Below are positions 56,858-64,000 of a stretch of DNA of 64,000 nt, one piece after another. A model generated the notes under the pieces. It ran no database searches. It saw only the letters and a list, made by a program, of their open reading frames with translations, and was not told the origin of the DNA. Origin of the DNA: Pseudomonadota bacterium (GTDB taxonomy: Bacteria; Pseudomonadota; Gammaproteobacteria; Steroidobacterales; Steroidobacteraceae); NCBI GenBank assembly GCA_043748075.1, contig JAYTNX010000090.1, positions 2,457-66,456 on the forward strand, read 5' to 3'. Position 1 is the stretch's first letter; every line of letters begins with the position of its first letter. The translations under genes and the position numbers were made by a program.

Positions 56858-59680
56858 TCAGAGCAGCCGTCGGACGCGCGCGCGCTGCTCTTCGAGACTC
56901 GCCACGGATCGCTCGAAATCCGCGAGGCGCGCCGTCTCCTGCGCGACAACCGCCGCGGGCGCATTGCGCATGAAGTTGTCGTTGGCGAGCTTGGCAGTCG
57001 CCCGGTCGATCTCGACGCGGGTCTTCGCGAGCTTCTTGTCGAGCCGGTCGGTCTCGGCCTGCGGGTCGATCACGCCGGCCATCGGCACCAGCACTTTCAT
57101 GCCTCCGACCAGCGCCGTTGCCGCGGGTGGCGGTATTTCCCCGGGCTCGAGCGCGCGCAGCGTCTCGAGACCCGCGAGACGCGCCAGGAAGCTGCGCTGA
57201 AGGCTCAGCCGGCGATGATCTTCCGCCGCGACATTCTCGAGCAGCACCGGCAGGCGGCGAGCCGGGCTGATGTCCATTTCGCCGCGTATCTGGCGGATGC
57301 CGAGCACGAAGGCCTGAATCCAGCGCAGGTCCTCCTCCGCGTTCGCATCGGCCGGGAACTGCATCGCGTCGGGCCAGGGCGCGACCATCACCGATGGCGC
57401 GGAGGCGCCGGCCATCGCACCGATGCGCTGCCAGATCTCCTCGGTGATGAACGGCATGACCGGGTGCAGCGCCCGCAGCAGTGCCTCGAGCACCTCGGCG
57501 AGCGTGCGGCGCGCGCCGCGCCGAAGCGAATCGTCGACGTCCTCGCCCTGGAGCACCGGCTTGGTCAGCTCGAGGTACCAGTCGCAGAACTCGTACCAGG
57601 TGAACTCGTACAGCGCGGTGGCCGCAAAGTCGAAACGGTATTCCGCGAAGGCCTGCTCGACCTGGTGGAGGGTGTGGCCGAGCCGCGAGCGGATCCAGCG
57701 GTCGGCGACGGTGTAGTCGACCGGGCCGGTCAGCAGCGCCGGGTCGAGCGGCTGGCCTTCGGCATTCTCCAGCGACATCAGGGTGAAGCGCGCGCCGTTC
57801 CATAGCTTGTTGCAGAAATTGCGGTAGCCGGCAACGCGCGCGACGTCGAAGCGCAGGTCTGCGCTCTGGGTCGCGATCGAAGCGAACGTGAAGCGCAGCG
57901 CGTCGGTGCCGTAGGCGGCGATGCCTTCCGGAAAGGCCTTGCGCGTGCTCTTCTCGATGCCGGACGCCAGGTGCGGCTGCATCAGGCCGGTGGTGCGTTT
58001 GGCGACCAGCGGTTCCAGCGCGATGCCATCGACCACATCCAGCGGGTCGATCACGTTGCCCTTGGACTTCGACATCTTCTGCCCTTCGGAATCGCGGATC
58101 AGGCCATGCACGTAGACTTCGCGGAACGGCACGTCTCCCGTGAATTTCAGTCCCATCATGATCATCCGGGCAACCCAGAAGAAGATGATGTCGAAGCCGG
58201 TCACGAGCACCGAGGTCGGGTAGAACTGCCGCAGCTCGGGCGTCTGCTCCGGCCAGCCGAGCGTCGAGAACGGCCACAGCGCCGAGGAGAACCAGGTGTC
58301 GAGCACGTCCTCGTCCTGGCGCAGCGGCAGGTCGGCGGACAGGCCGTGCTTCGCGCGCACCTCGGCTTCGCTGCGGCCCACATAGAACGCGCCGTCGGGC
58401 GCGTACCAGGCGGGAATGCGGTGGCCCCACCACAGCTGCCGGCTGATGCACCAGTCCTGAATGTTGCGCATCCACTCGAAATAGGTCTTCGACCAGTTGT
58501 CGGGCACGAAGCGGATCGCGCCGCTCTCGACGGCGCGGATCGCGGGACCGGCGAGCGCTTCCACCTTCACGTACCACTGATCGGTGAGATAGGGCTCGAT
58601 CACGGCGTTGGAGCGATCGCCACGCGGGACGCTGAGGCGGTGCTTGTCGGTCTTTTCCAGCAGCCCGAGCTGATCGAGTTCGGCCACGATGCGTTTGCGG
58701 GCCTCGAAGCGGTCGAGGCCGCGAAAGCGTTCGGGCACCGCGTCGTTGAGCGTCGCCGTCGGCGTGAAGATGTTGATCTGCGGCAGGCCGTGCCGCTGGC
58801 CGACGGCGTAGTCGTTGAAATCGTGCGCAGGCGTGATCTTGACGCAACCCGAGCCGAATTCGGCGCTGGCATGCGGGTCGGCAATCAGCGGGATCTCGCG
58901 CCCTGCCAGCGGCAGCTGCAGCATCCGGCCGACGCTGTCTGCGTAGCGCTCGTCGCCCGGGTTTACAGCGACCGCCACGTCGCCGAGCAGCGTCTCGGGC
59001 CGGGTGGTGGCGACGACGACGTGGCCATTGCCGTCGGCGAACGGATAGCGCAGGTGCCAGAGCCAGCCGTCTTCCTCTTCCTTGAGCACCTCGAGGTCGG
59101 ACACTGCGGTGAGCAGCGCCGGATCCCAGTTGACCAGCCGCTTGCCGCGGTAGATCAGGCCTTCATCGTGCAGTCGAACGAACACTTCGGTGACGGTCTT
59201 GGACAAGCCCTCGTCCATCGTGAAGCGGTCGCGCGACCAGGCGACCGAAGCGCCGAGCCGGCGCAGCTGGTGGGCGATCGTGCCACCGGAGCGGGCTTTC
59301 CATTCCCAGACGCGTTCGACGAACGCCTCGCGAGTGAAGTCGGTGCGCCGCTTGCCCTCGGCCGCGAGCTGGCGCTCGACCACCATCTGTGTGGCGATGC
59401 CGGCGTGGTCCGTGCCCGGTTGCCACAGCGTCGCCTCGCCGCGCATGCGGTGGTAGCGCGTCAGCGTGTCCATGACGGTGTCCTGGAACGCATGGCCCAT
59501 GTGCAACGTGCCCGTGACGTTCGGCGGCGGGATCACGATGCAATAGCGTGGAGCGTCGCCTGAATCGGGGGATGAGCCCGGGGCCGGCGAGGCGCCGCCG
59601 CGCGGCTCGAACCATCCGGCGCGCTCCCAGCGATCGTACAGGCGCCGCTCGATGTCCTGCGGCGAATAAACCTTGTCCAT
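56858..59680 (-). CDS. valS: Valine--tRNA ligase
   Basis: I trimmed ORF 56858..59731 to ATG 59680 ('[15 protein letters not shown]'). The HIGH motif is '[13 protein letters not shown]' and the KMSKS motif is '[10 protein letters not shown]'. A C-terminal coiled coil is present. Confidence 0.95.
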   Translation of the reverse strand: MDKVYSPQDIERRLYDRWERAGWFEPRGGASPAPGSSPDSGDAPRYCIVIPPPNVTGTLHMGHAFQDTVMDTLTRYHRMRGEATLWQPGTDHAGIATQMVVERQLAAEGKRRTDFTREAFVERVWEWKARSGGTIAHQLRRLGASVAWSRDRFTMDEGLSKTVTEVFVRLHDEGLIYRGKRLVNWDPALLTAVSDLEVLKEEEDGWLWHLRYPFADGNGHVVVATTRPETLLGDVAVAVNPGDERYADSVGRMLQLPLAGREIPLIADPHASAEFGSGCVKITPAHDFNDYAVGQRHGLPQINIFTPTATLNDAVPERFRGLDRFEARKRIVAELDQLGLLEKTDKHRLSVPRGDRSNAVIEPYLTDQWYVKVEALAGPAIRAVESGAIRFVPDNWSKTYFEWMRNIQDWCISRQLWWGHRIPAWYAPDGAFYVGRSEAEVRAKHGLSADLPLRQDEDVLDTWFSSALWPFSTLGWPEQTPELRQFYPTSVLVTGFDIIFFWVARMIMMGLKFTGDVPFREVYVHGLIRDSEGQKMSKSKGNVIDPLDVVDGIALEPLVAKRTTGLMQPHLASGIEKSTRKAFPEGIAAYGTDALRFTFASIATQSADLRFDVARVAGYRNFCNKLWNGARFTLMSLENAEGQPLDPALLTGPVDYTVADRWIRSRLGHTLHQVEQAFAEYRFDFAATALYEFTWYEFCDWYLELTKPVLQGEDVDDSLRRGARRTLAEVLEALLRALHPVMPFITEEIWQRIGAMAGASAPSVMVAPWPDAMQFPADANAEEDLRWIQAFVLGIRQIRGEMDISPARRLPVLLENVAAEDHRRLSLQRSFLARLAGLETLRALEPGEIPPPAATALVGGMKVLVPMAGVIDPQAETDRLDKKLAKTRVEIDRATAKLANDNFMRNAPAAVVAQETARLADFERSVASLEEQRARVRRLL

Positions 59681-59781
59681 GAATTCGCGGTCCGGTGAAG
59701 CGGGCGAAGAGTATAGCGGCCGGTCGGTCACGGTCTGGCGGCCGGCTCGACGGGCGGCACCGGGCGCGTCCGCGCCGCAAA

Positions 59782-61287
59782 TCAGCGAGCGGCGCGGCGA
59801 ATCAGGAAATCGGACAGCAGTCCGACCGGGCGTCCGGTGCTGCCCTTCTGCGCGCCGCCGAGGTAGGCGGAACCGGCGATGTCGAGGTGCGCCCAGCGCA
59901 AGCCCTGCGTGAATTTCGCCAGGAACGCGGCGGCGGTGATGGCGCCGCCGTCGCGGCCCGCGACGTTGGCGAAGTCGGCGAAATTACTCTTCAGCTGCTC
60001 GCCGTATTCCTCGGTCAGCGGCAGACGCCAGGCGCGATCGTCGGCGCGCAGGCCGCTATCGACCAGTTCGGACGCGAGCGCGTCGTCGTTCGACATCACG
60101 CCGGTGTGGTGCGCGCCGAGCGCCACCACGCAGGCGCCGGTCAGCGTCGCGACGTCGACGACCGCTTCCGGCTCGAAGCGACGCGCGTAGTGCAGGGCGT
60201 CGCAGAGGATCAGGCGACCCTCGGCGTCGGTATTGAGGATCTCGACCGTCAGCCCCGCCGCGCTGGTGACGATGTCGCCGGGCTTGATCGCGCGGCCGCT
60301 CGGCATGTTCTCGCAGGTGGGGACGAGGGCCACGACGTGCAACGGCAACGCGAGCTCGGCGGCGACGGTCAGCGCGCCGAGCACCGCGGCGGCGCCGGAC
60401 ATGTTGAACTTCATTTCGTCCATGCTGCCCGGGTCCTTCAACGAGATGCCGCCCGTGTCGAAGGTGATGCCCTTGCCAACCAGCACCACCGGCGGCCGCC
60501 TGGTGCGTCCACCCTTGTGCTCGAGCACGATGAATCGCGGCGGTTGCTCACTGCCCTGGGTCACGGCGAGGAAACACCCCATTTTTTCCTTGCGGATCGC
60601 GTCCTCGTCGAGCACGCGTACGCTGACGCTCGGGTATCGCGAGGCAATTTCCTCGGCCCGCTTCGCGAGGTAGGTGGGGGTACAGACGTTGGCGGGCAGG
60701 TTGGCGAGGTCCCGCATGGTGCGCGCGCCGAGCCCGACTGCGTGGCCGTGCAGCAGCCCGCGGCGCACGGCGGCGGCGCCCTGGGCGCGGACTGGACCGA
60801 CCTTCAGCTGCTCGAGCACGGGCGCCTTCGGCTGCTTGCCGGTCTTGAGGTCATTGATGCGGTAGAGCGCGGCCCCGGTGATTGCCGCGGCAGCGCGCCC
60901 GAAGTGGTAGTCGTCGAGCTCGCGCGACGTCGGCCGCGTCAGCGCCAGCGCGGCGCTGCGCACCTGGGTACGGGCGAGCGCCGCGATCGCCGAGTGCAGC
61001 GCCTTGCGCCAGCTGCGCCGGGACAGTGACGCGCGAGGACCTTGCCCGACCAGCAGAATGCGGGTCGCCTTGACCTTGGGCAGGCCGGGCACGAGCAGCG
61101 TCTCGCCCGCGCGGCCCGGGAAGTCGCCGTGTGCGAGGACGCGCGCCAGGGCGCCATCGGAGACCCGATCGAGCAGCCGGGCGTCGTCGCCGAGTTCGCT
61201 CCGGTCGTCGGTGCCCAGGTGGATTCCGATGACGAGGCAATCGACCTGTAGCTGGGCGAGCGGCTTCGAGAAAACATCGAACTGCAT
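59782..61287 (-). CDS. pepA: Leucyl aminopeptidase PepA (M17)
   Basis: I trimmed ORF 59782..61305 to ATG 61287 ('[10 protein letters not shown]'). Supporting motifs are '[16 protein letters not shown]', '[13 protein letters not shown]' and '[16 protein letters not shown]'. It is divergent from lptF. Confidence 0.93.
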   Translation of the reverse strand: MQFDVFSKPLAQLQVDCLVIGIHLGTDDRSELGDDARLLDRVSDGALARVLAHGDFPGRAGETLLVPGLPKVKATRILLVGQGPRASLSRRSWRKALHSAIAALARTQVRSAALALTRPTSRELDDYHFGRAAAAITGAALYRINDLKTGKQPKAPVLEQLKVGPVRAQGAAAVRRGLLHGHAVGLGARTMRDLANLPANVCTPTYLAKRAEEIASRYPSVSVRVLDEDAIRKEKMGCFLAVTQGSEQPPRFIVLEHKGGRTRRPPVVLVGKGITFDTGGISLKDPGSMDEMKFNMSGAAAVLGALTVAAELALPLHVVALVPTCENMPSGRAIKPGDIVTSAAGLTVEILNTDAEGRLILCDALHYARRFEPEAVVDVATLTGACVVALGAHHTGVMSNDDALASELVDSGLRADDRAWRLPLTEEYGEQLKSNFADFANVAGRDGGAITAAAFLAKFTQGLRWAHLDIAGSAYLGGAQKGSTGRPVGLLSDFLIRRAAR

Positions 61288-61402
61288 GATGAGGGGTCTC
61301 CGCACCGGCAGGGGCCGCGGCCATTGAGGCGCGGCGCCCGGTGCTCTAACTTAGCGGGGTCCATCCGATCGTTCATTCTATCCGAACCGGGAATCGCTGG
61401 CC

Positions 61403-62500
61403 TTGGGCCGTATCCTCGATCGCTACATCCTTCGCCAGGTGATCTCGAGCTGGCTCGGCGTCACCGCCGTGCTGCTGGTGATCCTGCTGACCAACCAGGT
61501 GGCCCGCGTGCTGGATCGCGCCGCGTCCGGCCAGTACCCGCGCGGAGTGGTGCTGGAGCTGATCGGTCTCAGCGCACTGCAGAACCTCGCGGTACTGCTC
61601 CCCGTCGGTCTGCTGCTCGGGGTGGTGCTGGCCTTCGGTCGGCTGTACCACGACAGCGAGATGGCGGCAGCGTTATCTTGCGGGGTCGGGCCGTCGCGCA
61701 TCTACGGGCCAATCCTCGCCCTGACCGTCGTGGTCACCGCGACGCTCGCCTGGCTGACGCTGTTCGTTTCGCCCTCGGCTGCAGCGCGGGTCTTCGACCT
61801 GCGCAACGAGGCGGCACGCGCCGGTCAGTTCGCGGCGATCGCGCCGGGCAAGTTTCGAAGCTTCGGTGGCGGCAGCACCGTCGTCTATGCGGAGTCCGCG
61901 ACAGCGGACGGCGCGCTGGAGCGCGTGTTCGTCAAGCGCAACCGCGGCAATCGCTACGAGATCGCGGTGGCCCGGCGGGCGCGGCACACGATCTCGGCGG
62001 ATGGCTCGCTGCACACCATGACGCTCTACGACGGCGAGCGCTACGAGGGCGTGCCCGGCAAGGCACAGTTCCGTATCGTGCGTTTCCGCGAAAACGTGAT
62101 CCCGGTGAGGATCCCGGAACTCGACGCCTCCGACCTGCCGCTCGAGGCGGCGCAGACGGCGAGGTTGATGGCCTCCGACGATCTCGAGGAGCGCGCGGAA
62201 CTGCACTGGCGTGTCGCGTTGCCGGTAATGGCGATAGCCCTGACGCTGCTTGCGATCCCGCTGTCGCGGCTGCGCCCCCGCCAGGGTCGCTATTCGCGGG
62301 TGTGGGTGGCGATCGTGATCTATTTCCTCTACGTCAGTCTGGCGTCTGCGGCCAAGGTCTGGATCGAACGTGGCAGCGTGCCCGAGGCGCTCGGGCTGTG
62401 GTGGGTGCACGCGGTTCTGGTGGCGTTGACGCTGGTGTTCCTGCTCACGCCGGGATGGGCTGCGCGCTGGCGGCATCGTGACGGGCCGCTGCCCGCGTGA
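61403..62500 (+). CDS. lptF: LPS export ABC transporter permease LptF
   Basis: TTG start. Supporting sequences are 'GRILDRYILRQVISSWLGVTAVLLVILL' and 'YHDSEMAAALSCGV'. It is divergent from pepA and followed by lptG. Confidence 0.9.
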   Translation: MGRILDRYILRQVISSWLGVTAVLLVILLTNQVARVLDRAASGQYPRGVVLELIGLSALQNLAVLLPVGLLLGVVLAFGRLYHDSEMAAALSCGVGPSRIYGPILALTVVVTATLAWLTLFVSPSAAARVFDLRNEAARAGQFAAIAPGKFRSFGGGSTVVYAESATADGALERVFVKRNRGNRYEIAVARRARHTISADGSLHTMTLYDGERYEGVPGKAQFRIVRFRENVIPVRIPELDASDLPLEAAQTARLMASDDLEERAELHWRVALPVMAIALTLLAIPLSRLRPRQGRYSRVWVAIVIYFLYVSLASAAKVWIERGSVPEALGLWWVHAVLVALTLVFLLTPGWAARWRHRDGPLPA

Positions 62501-63564
62501 CCCTGCTCGACCGCTACCTGTTGCGCTCGATCCTCGGCGCCGTGCTGATGGTGATGGCGGTGTTCCTGACGCTCGGCGGCCTGTTCCTGTTCATCGGTCA
62601 GCAGGACGACATCGGCGTCGGGCGCTATACCGCGCTTGATGCGCTCGGCTTCGTGCTGCTGAACTTGCCGCAGCAGGCCTGGGAACTGTTGCCGATCAGT
62701 GCCCTCATCGGCACGCTGGTCGGGCTCGGCGCGCTGGCGCGCGGCAGCGAACTGACCGTGATGCGCGCCGCAGGCATGTCGGTCTGGCGCATCGCGCGCG
62801 CGGGGCTGGTGGCTGGCGTGCTGCTGGCGGCCTGCGGTGCGCTGCTCGGAGAGGTGCTGGCGCCGCCGATGCAGCAGCTCGCGCGCCAGCAGAAGGCCTT
62901 CGGCAAGTTCGACAACGTCAGCTTCGCTGGCAGCGGTGGCGCATGGGTACGCGACGGCGACCTGCTGGTCAATGTCGAGCGGCAGTCGGGGGATGCCGAG
63001 TTCGGCGGCATGATGGTCTTCGAGCTCGATGCCGAGCACCGCCTGAAGGCGATGGGCCGCGCGGCGTCCGCGACCGCCGACCCCGCCGGTGGCTGGCGGC
63101 TTTCGGAGTACGCCGAATCGCGTTTCGAGGGGGACCGCGTGGCCGCCAGCCGCGTGGCGTCGCGGTCCCTCGAGTCGAACGTCAGCGCCGAATTCGTCGG
63201 CATTGCGGCCACCGCCCCGAGCCAGCTGCCCTCGGCCACGCTATACCGGCTGATCCGGCACCTGCAGACGAACGGTCTCGACATCCGCGAACCATTGTTC
63301 GCGTTCTGGTCGCGTATCGCGCGCACGGTGGCCGTGCTGTTCGGCGTGCTGGTCGCGGTACCGTTCGTGTTCGGCTCGCTGCGCTCCTCGGGCGGCGGTG
63401 CCCGCACCACCGTCGGGCTGCTGATCGGGATCGCATTCTTCCTCATGCAGCGGATGCTGGAGAGTGGTGCGATCGTGTTCGACCTCGATCCGGTCCTGCT
63501 GGCCTGGATGCCCACCGGATTGCTGGCGGCGGCGGCGCTGACGCTGCTCGCGCGGACGCGGTAG
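62497..63564 (+). CDS. lptG: LPS export ABC transporter permease LptG
   Basis: GTG start forming a GTGA overlap with the lptF stop. Supporting sequences are 'LLDRYLLRSILGAVLMVMAVFL' and 'SELTVMRAAGMSVWR'. Confidence 0.9.
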   Translation: MTLLDRYLLRSILGAVLMVMAVFLTLGGLFLFIGQQDDIGVGRYTALDALGFVLLNLPQQAWELLPISALIGTLVGLGALARGSELTVMRAAGMSVWRIARAGLVAGVLLAACGALLGEVLAPPMQQLARQQKAFGKFDNVSFAGSGGAWVRDGDLLVNVERQSGDAEFGGMMVFELDAEHRLKAMGRAASATADPAGGWRLSEYAESRFEGDRVAASRVASRSLESNVSAEFVGIAATAPSQLPSATLYRLIRHLQTNGLDIREPLFAFWSRIARTVAVLFGVLVAVPFVFGSLRSSGGGARTTVGLLIGIAFFLMQRMLESGAIVFDLDPVLLAWMPTGLLAAAALTLLARTR

Positions 63565-63587
63565 GACCTCACCCCTCCCCAACAGCC

Positions 63588-64000
63588 CTAAGGCGCCGCC
63601 GGCGAGGCCTCGAATAGCGTTGCGTAGCGGTAGGCCGGGATCTCGAACTCGCGACCTTCGAAGCGTTGCGCGAGCAGTCGCGCTTCCGCTGCCGGGTCCG
63701 CCGGGGCTGGCGCCGCCGGGGCTGGCGCGGGGGACGTGACGGTCGTCGTCCGGGCGGTCGTCGTGGCCGTCGTGGCGTTCGCGGCGGCCGGGCCGGCCAT
63801 CGCCGTCAGCGCAATCCAGCGACGGCCGCCATCCTCGCGGCCCTCGACGCCGATGGTGAGACCCTCCGAGGTGACGAATTGCGCCCGCTGCGGCGCTGGA
63901 GTCTTCGAACCCGGTCCGGACTTCTCCAGTGCGCGGGCGCGCAAATCCTCGAGCGCCAGACCCTTCAGCGCACCGGCCAGCGCGGGCGGCAGCCGCGCGC
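63588..64000 (-). CDS. Hypothetical protein, C-terminal part (ORF open at the window end), with an Ala/Thr/Pro-rich low-complexity segment
   Basis: ORF 63588..63944 continues without a stop to position 64000 in my translation ('ARLPPALAGALKGLALEDL-RARALEKSG...'). I recognise no family motif. Confidence 0.4.
   Translation of the reverse strand, partial: ARLPPALAGALKGLALEDLRARALEKSGPGSKTPAPQRAQFVTSEGLTIGVEGREDGGRRWIALTAMAGPAAANATTATTTARTTTVTSPAPAPAAPAPADPAAEARLLAQRFEGREFEIPAYRYATLFEASPAAP

Overview
This is a 64-kb chromosomal window from a very GC-rich gammaproteobacterium. The assignment rests on the presence of RNase T, Hda, LptF/LptG divergent from pepA, and Pseudomonas/Xanthomonas-like synteny. 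I support about 58 protein-coding genes and one tRNA-Thr(CGU). I see no rRNA, CRISPR array, IS element, transposase, integrase or phage genes.

Most of the window is housekeeping:
- aceE-aceF-lpd
- metG, proS, valS, prfC
- purMN, pyrC, nadC, dcd, apbC, nth, hda, pssA, rimI, pepA, lptFG

Genes are tightly packed, with many 1-17 nt same-strand overlaps and several convergent 3' overlaps.

Five blocks look accessory or unusual:
1. A complete type IV pilus minor-pilin operon, fimT-pilV-pilW-pilX-orf130-pilY1-pilE (1-6896). It carries an extra non-pilin secreted ORF.
2. An Irr-like Fur-family regulator, then tRNA-Thr, then an envelope-lipid cluster (7049-13437). The cluster contains an LpxL-family acyltransferase, an acyl-AMP ligase::ACP fusion, and an ArnC-like GT2, a LAB_N small membrane protein and an ArnT-like GT39.
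3. A HEAT-repeat::Ser/Thr-kinase gene followed by two PilT-family ATPases (31946-36709). The module sits between the normally adjacent divergent genes apbC and metG. This is my best candidate for an undescribed system.
4. A second M17 aminopeptidase paralogue translationally coupled to pyrC-rnt.
5. A MoxR-DUF58-transglutaminase (TgpA-like) operon.

All family assignments come from motifs read in the supplied translations and from remembered family signatures. No database search, HMM scan or composition statistic was run. The many long ORFs antisense to real genes are treated as high-GC artefacts.
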